A stretch of DNA of 63,146 nucleotides, counting the filler, from Octopus bimaculoides (Eukaryota): the NCBI RefSeq assembly GCF_001194135.2. It is 4 parts of 2 records of this genome, joined end to end, with 100 filler letters (N's around TTAATTAATTAA, not from the genome) between each part and the next. Parts side by side here need not be neighbours in the genome. Positions count along the whole stretch, not along the records: positions 10,763 to 29,441 come from NC_068981.1; 3 more parts are not named here. The stretch is one strand, 5' to 3'. This document shows, piece after piece, positions 11,096 through 24,440 of the stretch. The notes beneath the pieces are model-generated. The model did not search any database, was not told the origin of the DNA, and worked only from the letters and a program-made list of their open reading frames with translations. The translations under genes were made by a program, and so were the position numbers. The stretch's first letter is position 1. Each line of letters begins with the position of its first letter.

Positions 11096-11343
11096 CACGG
11101 GCATATGGCGTAGTGGTTAAGAGCGCGGGCTACTACCCCAAGATTTCGAGTTCGATTCCAAGCAGTAACTTGAATAATAATAATAATAATATCGAAAAAT
11201 ACCTTAAGAATGAGAACCTAGGTTCGAAATTTCCCCAAGACACCTGATGAAGGCTGAAGTGTATATCATCCGAAGACGAGTACAAATATCTGTCAAATGT
11301 AAATAACGTACATAATTCCTCATCTCTTAAATATAGAACTGTA
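11096..11343 (+). mobile_element. tRNA-headed SINE (family E) with (AAT)n spacer and Penelope-like tail
   Basis: A box TGGCGTAGTGG (11106-11116), B box GAGTTCGATTCC (11148-11159); tail contains GACAC-CTGATGA-A-GGCTGA…TCATCC-GAA. Confidence 0.75.
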
Positions 11344-12179
11344 AAATGAAAGTAACTGAATAAAAGAAACAATATATAATTTCTTCCAATTCCAGTGTCA
11401 TCCTATGCAAGAAAGATTATTTTCTCCGGATATGAAAGAAATATATGGAAAACAAAACAGGGTAATATTCATTTTGTTATATGTATAGCTTAACATATTG
11501 TAGTGTATATGGTGAGTCACCAAGGAAGACATATCATATAGTTAACACAACATATGTGATCAAACGATGATAAACCATTTCTTCTATATACATCAAACCT
11601 TATATTCGCCGAAGAAATGAAATTATATGTTTGATATTCACCATTTCTCACATATGCACCAAAGCTTAGATTTACAGAAGAGAACTGATGTATTTGATAT
11701 TCATCGTTTCTTCTCCGAGACATTAAAAACTAAACACCGCGAGCTAGATGAAATGACTCGAAGCAGGTGGTGTAAGCTGTAATAATTTAGCTAATCAAAA
11801 ACTTATGCGTTTATGAAGCTAAACTCCACTTACACATACTGTTAAAGTAATGGATAATGTCACAAGCATTAGAAAAATATTTTCCCTTGTTTTATAAACC
11901 TAGCGTATTCTGGGATTGAAAATTAAGATTCGATTTTATGAATTGCCTTCTTATACTTCATCCCTATTTGAAATAATATACGGAATATATGAAATTGGTA
12001 ATAACTGTGCGTAACATTTCAGAGAGTATGAAAACACCGATTCGAATCACCGAACTCTTCACCGAACACTGACCATATTCGAAATAAACAAATATATAAA
12101 GTAAAGCCAGGGCACATGTCATCACGATGGCTATTTTTAAACGGTACAATACTTGTCTTAATATTTTGGATAATACTAT

Positions 12180-12392
12180 GGCGGCGAACTGGAAGAATCG
12201 TTACTATGTCGAGCAAAAGGCTTACGGCATTTCGCCTGCCTTTACGTTTTGAGTTTAAATTCCACCAAGGTCGACTTTTGCCTTTCAACCTCTCGAGGTC
12301 GAGAAAATAAGTACCAGTTCAGGAGTGGCATCGATGTAATCAACTTATACACTCCACAAAATTTTCTGGCCTTGTTCCGGAACTTTGAAGCA
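12180..12392 (+). mobile_element. SINE family B
   Basis: GGCGGCGAACTGG…TGAGTTTAAATTCCACCAAGGTCGACTTTTGCCTTTCA…AAGTACCAG…GGCCTTGT; CpGs largely retained. Confidence 0.8.
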
Positions 12393-13059
12393 ATATATTA
12401 GAGAATACAAAACTCATTGGTGCATCTACAATACACATGAAGATACTAGAGCTCATTAAAATTATACTTTCCTTATCACCCAAGAAAGACAAACATTGAA
12501 ATTAATGGGTACCAAAATGCATACTACCTTAATAACATCACTGGGCCCAAAATGTGTTGGGTTACACACTGCAAGAATAAAACAGGGAAAAAATTATGTA
12601 AGAAAAGTGTTGCATATATACGAAAGAGCAAAGAAGCAGATTCTGTGTGTTCACAAGCCTTTTTAACCCTGGCAACCAAATCTCCCTGAAACAATTGGAC
12701 ACATCAGATTACAAAATCTCTGAAAAAAAAAAAAAGAAAACAAATCGGTTAACGTCTTTGAAAACGTAGAACTAGAGCGTATTTCACGGTGTTAGTTATT
12801 TCGATTGTTCCAATGTCGTTCCATAGATTCGGTCATTAAAAACGTAATAGTGAGACTTGTTTCGTTCTGCTAAAAGTTGGAGCAGAAAACAAGTACAAGA
12901 ATAACAACAACCATGATAATCATATAATGTTTTGAAAATCATCTCATTAACCATGTTAATGTTTCCGCCATTCAACAGGTACCTGCTTAATCTGGATGGA
13001 ACAAGTAATTGCAATACTGTAGTTTAACATTACCAGTGTTGACATCTATCCGATAAATT

Positions 13060-13430
13060 TTCTTCAGCCTACTGACGAACCTTCTTAAAATCTGTAACTG
13101 AACGTCATCACACTCGTTATATTGCATGGAATTTAAATGTACCAATACACTGTAACAGTACAAGACCAGATATCAGAAATTTAAACCCCGTCCCCTTGTG
13201 ATCGAAGCAACCAATAAAGCTTGTACAAAGAGAGATGTTTGTATTCCACTCATTCCCAACATTCCATCAGATATTGCATTTCAGTTTAAACACCAAAGTA
13301 TTCTCAAGAGTTATTCCTTTTTGTTATGATCACCAACAGATCTCAGAGACTGTCTCTTAGGGTAAATAGAGTTGTGCTGAGAATTTCATCTTTCTGCCAC
13401 AGTAAATTCGTAAATGTTCAGTTTTTGGGC
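13060..13430 (+). mobile_element. Decayed Helitron PIF1-like helicase C-terminal fragment
   Basis: Across frames: WNLNVPIHCNSTR…IPLIPNIPSDIAFQFKHQ…MITNRSQ…FCHSKFV. Compare the Helitron consensus RNL…LCNGTR…IPRIP..PSD.PF.FKR.QFP…AMTINKSQGQ…FSHGQLYV. Confidence 0.7.
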
Positions 13431-14366
13431 AAAATTTGACTGATTTTCAGGAAAGCACAAAAACCGTAGAACATTCAGTGTTGTCTGTCCAGGGTTCTTG
13501 TAAAAAGCAGTAATAGAAACATAATTCTGTTAGAATTTCTTCTGTGTCACAGGTTACGAATCACTAAAGAGTTATACAAAAGAAACAGAAAATTCTATTT
13601 CAGTTATGTATCTAAATTACAAAAAACATAGACAAACATATTTGAACACATAATGCGCTACATTAAAAGTTATAGATGTTGTGTAATATAAGTTTAACAG
13701 AACATCTTTCATGCTTGGCAACCAAACCACGCCGTATAGTTCTTGTAGTGACCTAACAGTAAGGATTTTGGGACCACAATCATTAGGTCGGTATTTCTAT
13801 TTTAGGCTAGGGCAGCACGTTGTGTCCTTGCGTAATGCTCTTTATATCACGTTGTTCTTGACTACTTAGCTGAAAATGAGAAGTAGCTCTTTCGCCAATT
13901 TCCATATTTTCCATGTTCTACTGCGTAAAGTGGACGCGAACACAAGTCTGCTCGCGACTACATAGGTACCAAACACAATTAGCAATACTATAATATATTC
14001 TGTTATTAGAGATGACGGCCGCGTTATATACACATACATACATATATGTGTGTCTGCGCGCGCGTGTGTGTGTATATACACTGGTTGGAATAAATGAATT
14101 TGTCTGTATGCATACATTTCATGCATACTATTTTCTATAGTTTAGATCTACTGACATATTTATTATACATGTGTGTGTGTCTATGCGTGTGAAAGTAGCT
14201 AGAAAAAGAATTCCCATTCAATAAAAAACATACTTTACACAAGTATTGAGCACTCTGTTATTCGTTCACAAAATGTAGGGTTTGACTGTATGCCTTTATA
14301 ACTATCTATACATACGCGTGTGCGTGTTTCTGTGTATCTGTGTGTGTGAGAGAAAAAGAGAGAGTT

Positions 14367-14455
<89 letters not shown>

Positions 14456-14659
14456 TTACATACAGCTCTCGACATGTTAATGTAACAATTTGGATGGCAC
14501 TTCTGCGACTGATTTAAAATCCCTCCTGTAAATTCCTGATGTATACGTCAAACAATAATGAATAGACGAAAGTCCCTAGAGTTCATTTTATTTATTTACT
14601 TGTCTATTTACTTGTTGATTTGTTTGTAAATTTTCATTAAGTCGTTTTGTGAGCTACTG

Positions 14660-14671
14660 TTACTATTATTA

Positions 14672-14755
<84 letters not shown>

Positions 14756-14756
14756 A

Positions 14757-14793
<37 letters not shown>

Positions 14794-14822
14794 CGTAGTA
14801 GTAGTAATAGTAGTAGTAGTAG
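14660..14822. repeat. Compound trinucleotide microsatellite (TAT)n-(TAG)n-(CAG)n-(TAG)n
   Basis: Read directly; single-base steps between successive motifs. Confidence 0.95.
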
Positions 14823-15362
14823 GTTTTTGTTTTGCTTTAGTAATGTGTGTGCATTTTAATAATTGGAGCCAGACATTGCCGTTACAAGGAATACAGCGGT
14901 ATACTAGAGAATGCAACATACCCGCATGGGAATCGCACGCAAAAGTGAAAGTGGCTGAAAATAGAGTCATATACAGACAAATATCCAAATCACAGGATGG
15001 AGTCGGAGACAAGATGGCAGAATGATTCTCACTTGGGACCATTTTTCGAAAATACAATAAATACAACGCACACCCACATACACACACATATATATACGTA
15101 TATGCATATATAAATACATCTCTATACGCACACACATACACACGCATATATATGTGTGTGTGTGTGTATGTATGTGTGTGTATACATACGTAAAACATAA
15201 AATAGACAGCGCTATGTTTTTTAGTGAAATAACTAGGTACGTAGTAAATTAAGTAAGCAATCCTTTAGAGGATGCCTTCAAACCTAGAGAATAAAAAAGA
15301 ATTATGGTATGTACATGTGTGTATGCGTGTTCGTATGCGTATTATGTGAGTACGTGTGCCTA

Positions 15363-15452
<90 letters not shown>

Positions 15453-16877
15453 AGACGCCACTTAGTGACAGAGAATGTTAAGAAACCCTCATAAAATGTT
15501 GCATGCGTTCCAGGTTCGATTCACCGCATACTATTCGGTCAGGAGAATTTCATGTACCCTCGGTTGTTCAAAATACCTGCCCTGAGGAATAACTTACAAA
15601 GCTCGTTTTTCTTGCCTGTGTAAATTGTCTTGATACAATTCCACCTACCAATAACATATTCTTAGATTCCACCAGCTTTTTGAAACAAGGAATTTGCAAG
15701 GAAGCTATGTATATTGTAAAAATATTATGTATATTCTAAAAAAAACCTATGTGTATTGTAAAAATCCAGAAACTGCAGAAAACGTTATTCATTGCCGAAA
15801 TGTAGATGATTATATTATATTCGTAGCTATAAGAGATGCTGGAAGAGCACAGGCATATGAGATTGAACTGATAGTGATCGTCAGACAATTGAAGTGTAGT
15901 CGGCCAAGCTATATCCCTGTTTCTGCTTGCAATTACAATAAAGGCTTAGTTTGACGAAGAGTTAGCATTCAGAAGGATATAGATCTGGAATCAAGCACGA
16001 TTTGAGTAAAGACTTGAAATTGAACCTTTGGTTTCAGAAAACGTATAACATTCGGTGTATAGGTGAAAACGGCTAATGTTTAACAGCTCGCTTTTGCAAG
16101 AAACTTCCAGATATATTCTTCATTACACAGTTTCTCAACCTAAGCAGTTCTTTCTCAATTCACCAGGAGTAATTCATTCTTTTATGATTAGGGAAAATCG
16201 ACAAGTATGAATTATAGGGTATCTACCACACTTCTTGTATATGTCGATGAATCTCTGCCGATTTTGACAATGAGGATTCATTCGATCGAAAAACTGAATT
16301 AGATGATTATTGCATTAGTATTTACGGTAATCTCACACAATCCGAGAACAAACGGCTCTGCAATTTCTTGCCGACAACTTGTACAAGTGATTTGCTTATA
16401 GTGATCAAATGTTTGTGTTGAGCATTAGCTAGCTCTCTCCGTCAGATCAGCATTACCTCAACAAGTGTACATTGTATACTACACATTAGGTGTCGCAATG
16501 ATCATATAGCAATGTGTGAATAAATGTCTTGTTCGAAAACACAACACACCACCGGTTCTAGAACTGATACCACGATATCGCGATTGTGAATGCAATACTC
16601 TGTCCAGTTGGCCATGCATCCTCTCTAGTGAAAGGTATACACTCAACAAAACGCTAAGGAAGAATCAGGAGGACACAACTGTGACAATGTTATTCCATTT
16701 GAATATCAAGCATAATACTTCTCATAGAATTTCATATATTCAGTCTGAGCAATTTCTATCAAAAGTTATCGGTCAACACTCAGCCACAGAAAATTACAAC
16801 TGCTCAAGACGCTGCGCAGAGGGATCCAAACTAGGTCTTTGTGATTTAATCAATGCATAAATACACATACATACACA

Positions 16878-16917
<40 letters not shown>

Positions 16918-17928
16918 TCACCCTATGCATTTCATAGTTATCTTAATGTAAAATAAAATTAGATATGGAGTCAAACTGATAATAATTATCACAAAACGTA
17001 TTGAGTTTTATTTTATTTTGTTTGTAAACCTAATTGTATATATGTATATATGCATATTTGTACGAGTATTTGTGTATATGTGTGTACGGATGGGTACATG
17101 CATGTAAGCAGGTAGGTTTATATATCTGCATGTGTGTACGTGTGTGTTTGTGTATGAATTTTGGTAAGAAAATCGATAAACCATTGCTTCTCAGCAACAA
17201 AAAAAAGCCCCAACAAACGATCCCTTTGCATTCTCGTCTTCCTAAATCCTTGGAACCAGTGATTTACTTATTGAAAACATTCAACAAAAAGAAGAAATTA
17301 CGATTAATAAGAATACGATATAATAATACAGTATCTATGGACATTGACTGTGCCTGAAGTCAACGAGATTTACTCTACATGGTCGATCAACATACTAAAG
17401 ATAGGGATCTTAACAACTTTTTTTATCTTGTCAAATCTCACTATACTTCTTAAAATGGGGAATGCTACATTCGCTAAATATGATCATGGGTGGACATCAC
17501 TTGAAAATTATGCCGAATGAGCCATCGCTATATTTTCCCCATAGACCTACTCGCTCAAGGACATCAAAGACTAGAACAAAATAACGCAACACATCGGTCT
17601 TTTCAAATGATGCCGCTGCAACTCTACATGGTCAGTAATTAGTTATTTCAGACTTTGGCACAAGTAGGGCTATATTAGAAGCATTAATTGCCGCAGAGTA
17701 AATCAATGCATCGGGCCATATCATATTTTCATATTGACAGTATGCCAAAGAATTTGTTGATCAGAATTGGTTCCTAGTCGTGTGATGCTCTTGGGCAACT
17801 TTCTAGTGTGCTTATGCCTAAAAGCGTCTCTGGGAACAAAGTTAGCAATTTTAGGGTGGATGGGTTTGTTGATTATGATCAATACGAGCCCCGTATTTAG
17901 AAGACATTTCATTTTATCAACAGCCATG

Positions 17929-18025
17929 GAATGAAAGGCGCAGTCGATGTTGGTTAAATTTCGATTCAGAACGTAACGACGGACGAAATACCGCTAAGCA
18001 TTTTCTGAAGGGCTCTGCCGACTCC
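17929..18025 (-). mobile_element. SINE family B head fragment
   Basis: GAATGAAAGGCGCAGTCGA…TCAGAACGTAACGACGGACGAAATACCGCTAAGCATTT. Confidence 0.7.
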
Positions 18026-18175
18026 CTGCATTCTGCATAAGCAATAAATAATAACAATGACTTCTTTTACTTTTAATAATACTTATTTCTCGCCCCGAAA
18101 CTTAAAACAAAACAAATATCAATAGATTTCAGCTTAGATATGCATTTAGAGTCAGAGACATATGAAATAAAATCC

Positions 18176-18285
18176 AAATGATAAAACAAAAGTTATTTTT
18201 CAAAATTACAAATATACATTACAGCCCCTAAAATGATAAAACAAAAGTTATTTTTCAAAATTACAAATAAACATTACAGCCCCTA
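18176..18285. repeat. 55-bp tandem duplication
   Basis: 18176-18230 and 18231-18285 differ at one position. Confidence 0.9.
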
Positions 18286-19428
18286 AAACATGCCAGCGGG
18301 GCTTTGAAGTGCGTTGAGGAAAACGGGGGTTTCATATTCTTCCCCACAGTGTCGTATCTCTGTAATAGAGGCAAGTGGTCAATTACCTACAGAGACAAAA
18401 ACTGTGCAGTGACTAAACCCATAAAAATATGGAAATCTGAAACTCGGAGAAATGTTTTGGGAAGTTTTCTGTAAGCAAAGACCCTCAACGATATTAATTA
18501 ACACAGATGCTCGCACGCACACACAAATACAAAACACACAAACACACACTCAAACAAGAGCAGACGCGAACTGGCACACATATATGCATACGTAGACACA
18601 CACACGTACACACATACCCAGGTGTGTGTGATCGTGTATGTATGTGTATGTGTGTGTGTGTGTGCATGTGCGTGTGTAGCATGTATGTCGTCGTTCAGTT
18701 TTACTTCAAGATTTCTTGCCAATAGAGAAAGAGCCGGTTTCTAACCTAGATCAGTGAATTTTCAGCATCAACAATAGTGTAGTTTTTATGTATGTATGTA
18801 TGTATGTATGTATGTATGTATGTATGTATGTATGTATGTATNNNNNNNNNNNNNNNNNNNNNNNNNNNNNNNNNNNNNNNNNNNNNNNNNNNNNNNNNNN
18901 NNNNNNNNNNNNNNNNNNNNNNNNNNNNNNNNNNNNNNNNNNNNNNNNNNNNNNNNNNNNNNNNNNNNNNNNNNNNNNNNNNNNNNNNNNNNNNNNNNNN
19001 NNNNNNNNNNNNNNNNNNNNNNNNNNNNNNNNNNNNNNNNNNNNNNNNNNNNNNNNNNNNNNNNNNNNNNNNNNNNNNNNNNNNNNNNNNNNNNNNNNNN
19101 NNNNNNNNNNNNNNNNNNNNNNNNNNNNNNNNNNNNNNNNNNNNNNNNNNNNNNNNNNNNNNNNNNNNNNNNNNNNNNNNNNNNNNNNNNNNNNNNNNNN
19201 NNNNNNNNNNNNNNNNNNNNNNNNNNNNNNNNNNNNNNNNNNNNNNNNNNNNNNNNNNNNNNNNNNNNNNNNNNNNNNNNNNNNNNNNNNNNNNNNNNNN
19301 NNNNNNNNNNNNNNNNNNNNNNNNNNNNNNNNNNNNNNNNNNNNNNNNNNNNNNNNNNNNNNNNNNNNNNNNNNNNNNNNNNNNNNNNNNNNNNNNNNNN
19401 NNNNNNNNNNNNNNNNNNNNNNNNNNNN

Positions 19429-19555
19429 NGATGATGATGATGATGATGATGATGATGAGGATGATGATGATGATGATGACGATGACGAAGACGACGACGA
19501 CGACGACGACGATGATGAGGATGATGATGACGACGACGACGATGACAACGATGAT
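19429..19555. repeat. (GAT/GAC)n microsatellite next to a gap
   Basis: Read directly; source of the poly-D, poly-M and poly-S ORFs. Confidence 0.9.
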
Positions 19556-19811
19556 AAGAGGACGCAAAGCGAGGTAATTCTTCTCGATATACTGAACATG
19601 TTGTTCGAACTGGATTCTGTCGAAATCACGAACCTGTTCGGTCGTGAAATTTCGATGGTAGTTTAACCCTTTTCACTTGAGAATTAGGGTAAAAGCCTAA
19701 AGATGTAAAGAACTTTTTCTGGGTACTCTATACGACAGGAAACATTTTAGTGATGAACCAGCAATCCATTATGTATTGCAAATAAATGGTTCCGAGTTCA
19801 GTCACACTGCG

Positions 19812-19850
19812 TAGGAATTCTGCCTAGGAATTCTGCCTAGAAATTCTGTC
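19812..19850. repeat. 13-bp tandem repeat x3
   Basis: TAGGAATTCTGCC, TAGGAATTCTGCC, TAGAAATTCTGTC. Confidence 0.85.
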
Positions 19851-19974
19851 TAACATCTAAGGAACGGAAACACAACAGTTGTCAAGCAGTGATAGGGTGA
19901 CAAACAGCTACACACACACACACACATATTTATATATGATGGGCTCATTTCCGTTTCCGGCTACCAGAAGTTCC

Positions 19975-20325
19975 GAGTTCCTGGTTCATGGTTCCCTGAC
20001 ACTTTGAGCAGGTGTCTCCTACTATGACTTCGTGTCGACCAAAGACTTGTGAGTGGATTCGTTAGCCGGAAACAGAAAGGAACCTGTCCTATATAGATAT
20101 GTCTGTCTGTCTCTCTGTGTGTCACCCTATCATTGCTTGACAAATGTTGTTGGAGTATTTCCGTCCCTGTAACTTAGCGGTACGGCAAATGATATAATAT
20201 TTACTAGGCTTAAAAAGTAAGTCCTGGGGTCAAATTGTTCGACTAGAACCCTTCAGAGCAGTGCTCCAGCATGGTCTCTGCCAAATGACTGAACCAACTA
20301 AGAGAATAAATAAAACAAGAGCACT
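19975..20325 (+). mobile_element. SINE family A, diverged; preceded by an inverted family A fragment (~19860-19965)
   Basis: GAGCAGGTGTCTCC…GACTTGTGAGTGGATT…CGGAAACAGAAAG…CATTGCTTGACAA…GTGCTCCAGCATGG…AAATGACTGAA aligns to 333-745. Confidence 0.75.
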
Positions 20326-20474
20326 CGGAGAGCGCAAACTTCCACCAAAGCAACATCAACGTTCTCTCAAAGACGAGCCGGAGATGAATTTTAAAATGGG
20401 AATATCTGAAATAACCTCGACTACTCTCACAAACAAGAATGCTAAAAATGAACCCAACCGCTTTCAAAAATTAA

Positions 20475-20712
20475 GTAAAAAAAAAAAAAAGAAAAGAAAA
20501 AAAAACAGGAAAAAGTAATTCAGAATCCTTGTCCGGTACCGGATCGATCGCAGAATCTAACCAGTTCGTACCAGTTACAAGGGCAAACATCCCTGAACGT
20601 TTCATACGATTCCATCAAGCGGTTCTTGAGATATCTTGTCCACGGTCCAACAAACAAACAAACAAACACGACTGAAAACAATATCCCAGCCTTCGTTAAG
20701 GTGGAGGTAATA
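20475..20712 (+). mobile_element. Non-autonomous Helitron/DINE-1 (Pearl)-like element
   Basis: 12-bp palindrome TCCGGTACCGGA (20532-20543), ACGG…(CAAA)n microsatellite, degenerate 3' GC hairpin (CCCAGCC-TTCGTTAA-GGTGGAGG). Family assignment is inferred from architecture only. Confidence 0.45.
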
Positions 20713-21406
20713 ACGCTGAAAGTAGTAAATTATTTGTTATTGTTGTTTTGTTATTACTTTTAGCTTGTTTTAAACTGTTTCTTTTCTTCTTGTGTTTACG
20801 CGTTTTTGATTACAACCAGGACAGTCATTGTTTTTCGGAAATTTATCAAGATCAATATCACCCACTTTTGATTTTAAAACGGCAGTGTAGGATTTCTATG
20901 AGATTTGACTGTTGTTTCTAGCAGATCGTACTATCGCTGGCAGGCTCTTAGATAAGTTCGTGTAAATTAAGAATGTCATACCGAGCCTAGAAGTGATACA
21001 TTAAGAAGAAACAAAACAAAGGAATGTGACTGAGACTCAACCAAAATTTGGTCGAATCCACTGCTTTATTAAATATCTAAGTAGTCTAAAGTGTTTCATC
21101 GAGCTCATTAATCTATTCTGGCTATTAACACATTAATGTTTTATTTAATACTGCATTTGTGTAAAGCTGAAATTGTAATATGGTAGCTAAATACTTGACA
21201 AAAGAATTACATTTATCATATTATATAACGGTGAAATATGTGACATTTATGCCATGTTTTAACACAGTTGTTATTTTTTTAGTAATTGTTTTGTTGAACT
21301 TTTCGTAATGTTTATGTTATTTGTGTATTTATTTACTTACATCGGCTATTATCTATGGTTTATGGCGAAGAAGAATGGAAAGATTGTAAAAGAAACAGAC
21401 AGCTAA

Positions 21407-21448
21407 GGCGCATGCGCCATTCTCCCAAGCACAGCACAGATTATATAA
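21407..21448. promoter_or_regulatory. Candidate promoter: NRF1-type palindrome plus TATA-like box
   Basis: GGCGCATGCGCC (21407-21418) and TTATATAA (21441-21448) at the edge of a CpG-dense ~220-bp patch. Confidence 0.35.
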
Positions 21449-21887
21449 TGCGTCGCCAGTATGTCTGCGCAGAACTTTACTCAGCAGACACTCGATGCCG
21501 TGCGGAGGGCTACACGCTGTCTCTTGTTACATGAACGCTCACAAAACGGCCTAACCTCTGACCTCGGGATTCCACAATCTCGCATACTTGATACGTTTGT
21601 TGTACATATACATCGACACAACGCCTTTTGGGGATTTGCCTGTCAAAGAACACACTTGAGGTCATTCGAAGACAAAGACATAAAGAAGAAAAGGAAATGA
21701 ACGAAAGAAAACGAGATAGACTAAACCCGTATGAATGAAATAAATAAATTAAAAAAAGAAATGGAAAAGATGAAAACACTAAAATAACAACTAGTTACAA
21801 CAAAGAAAATAAATACCACCTCCTTCGCGTGTGTTGATGTGCTGCAATATATGTGGGTGTATATATGTATCTATGTACGTATATACG

Positions 21888-21960
<73 letters not shown>

Positions 21961-22288
21961 CATGTATATGTATGTATGTATGTATGTAAGTATGTATGTA
22001 TGCATGTATGCAAGTTCAGTTCTTTTTTACCGTAATAAACCATTTTTCTTCCCCATCTAGTGGAGATAGATTTGTTTAATGAAAACTACAAATTGGATGT
22101 TAACATCATAAATTCATGAGGGCGAAGTGCCATACGGACTTCGTATTGTATATTTCTATTGTTGGTAGCAATCTAAATTCAATGATTGCTATCGCTTTAA
22201 GTACAACTTCGTTAACAGCCAGTAGCAACTGCAGCAGTAACAGCAATAGCAGGACCACTACTAGAACCTCCACCACCACTACCGCCAC

Positions 22289-22324
<36 letters not shown>

Positions 22325-22413
22325 AAGAAGAAATACAAATATTCCCACAAATTCTTTGAAATATTGTAGTAATGTAAGAATCATTTGTTATAATCGTTGT
22401 TATAATTACCTAG

Positions 22414-22833
22414 AGCGGCGAGCAGGCAGAATCGTTAGGATACCGCCAAAATGCATAAAGTCATTTTCTCTGTCATCACCTTCTGAGTTCAAATTACGTT
22501 GAGGTCGAATATGCGTTTCATTCTTTCGAGTCGATAAAATATGTACCAGTTGAGCACTAGTGTGGATGTTATCAATTTACTCCGCTCCCAAAAGTGCTGA
22601 CCTTGTTTTAAAATTTGAAACCGTTATTATAATTATGAAAGCGGCGAATTGATAGATCGTTAGCGCATCGGATAAAATCCTTATCGATATCTTCTTCAAA
22701 TCCTGTCGAAATAAACTCTGATTTTCATCATTTCCAGTTCACTGAAATAAAGTTCTCTTCAGTACTAAGATCGATATGATTGGCTAACCCAACCACTCCT
22801 AAAATTGTTGGCCTTCTACCAAAATTTGAATCC
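22414..22833 (+). mobile_element. Two head-to-tail SINE family B copies (22414-22622, 22640-22833)
   Basis: Both start AGCGGCGA and end AAAATTTGAA(A/T)CC; separated by an ATT-rich tail. Confidence 0.8.
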
Positions 22834-22834
22834 A

Positions 22835-24383
22835 TTTTTATTCATATTTTGGTTTGACTCGGGTTCCGTCTTTTTCCTGGTAGGATTTATGTGGGCAGCG
22901 GGTTATTACCTGTAAACTTAGGTATCCACAAGTTTTCAGTAGTCTTTCAAGTATTTAGAACTTTCTTGATAATACCTGCTGTCCCTAAGAAGCAATAAAT
23001 CTTAGATCTCAAGCAACTCTTTTAAGATTCTAGCAGAATATAAGATTGTATTTTTCCATAGGTTCACTATGCGAGTTTCAATTCCAATGTATTTCAGGTT
23101 TTAGGTTAAATTTTGTTTTATACAAAGTGCACCAATTACCATAGGAACGATTATTGTCTGGTCTCCCACAGTCTCTTCAGCTCTCTGCCTAGATCCCGAT
23201 GTTTCACAAAGTTTAAATATTTTTTTTAGTATCGACTCCGCAATCATAAGGATTTTAAAAAATCTTTGTTCTTACTTAGTTTGTTTATTTTGTCTTCTAC
23301 AATCATGTCTGTTGTCACTTCAATAGGATGGTCAACCTTTACGGAGAAGCTCTGAAATTCTAATTATTTATCACAGCCTCTGGTTTGCGTTCATTCCATC
23401 ATTTTGTTACTTTGAAGAGTATACTCTTATACTCTTTTTGTGTGTGCTAGTGTACTTTTCAAGAGATGATTGAAACTTTCGTCTCCTTTCCTGCAGATTC
23501 CATATTTGCTGTGGGACTGAGATTTGTCCATGTTTCACTTCATCGCATTTGTTCCAATTGCTGGTTCCTGGGTGAACATATTTAGCGCTTTGGTCTCCCG
23601 TTTCAGGTTTCCATTCGTCACCTAAAGCCAGCGTTGTTTATTTCTGACATTTTCCGTTTGTTGTGTGAATTGGCCATGTAATTTCATTTTCATTTCCTTC
23701 TATCCTCTTTTTCTGTTGTTCTTCCTTCTCTTTATTCTCCTATAATTTCAGTCACTGTTTCAGTATCTACCCGCCGAAAGTGTTCTTTCTTTACTCAGCA
23801 CAACATAATTTTCAAATCCAATATCGGTGTTTTTTGCGTTTAGTAATCTTCTGCCACTTTCTTTTCTTGGTAGGTAGAATCTCTTGGTATTACTTTTAGG
23901 GTGGTGAGCAATTTTCTTGTTCTTCTACCGACGTTCTGTAGGTCTGCCTTTGTCTATTTCAGAAAGGGGGCTGAGTATATCGGTACGGTCTTAGCCCATG
24001 TATTTGTTGGTTTAATGCTTGTCCATCCATTCAGTTTTATTTCGAGCACCTTCCTAATTCTCTTTTTGAACCCTTTTGAGATTTTTTCCCTCATTTCTCC
24101 TTCCGTTAGGCTATCGCCTTACAGTACTTTGTGGTATTTATATCCCTCATTGTTCCACGACGATCTAATGATGTTTCCTTGTGGTCATTTTGTGTCATTA
24201 AAGTTTATCTTTCGGCCTCTCTTCATAATTAGTACCGCTGCCCTCATCTACCGCAAACTGCATTCGAGTACCTTTACTGAATATTCTTACCGTTTGGATG
24301 AAAGACTCCAGGTCCTTCACATTATTTGTATATAGCTTCAGATCATCCACACTAACCAGGAGATCAATGCAATATCGAACAGT

Positions 24384-24440
<57 letters not shown>

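Noticed and set aside
11101-11165. tRNA gene (also the heads at 26845-26916 and 333-400)
   Set aside because: A and B boxes are present but there is no complete cloverleaf or acceptor stem, and each continues into a SINE body.
19429-19666. Acidic poly-Asp protein C-terminus
   Set aside because: (GAT/GAC)n microsatellite followed by a short unremarkable tail; no family similarity.
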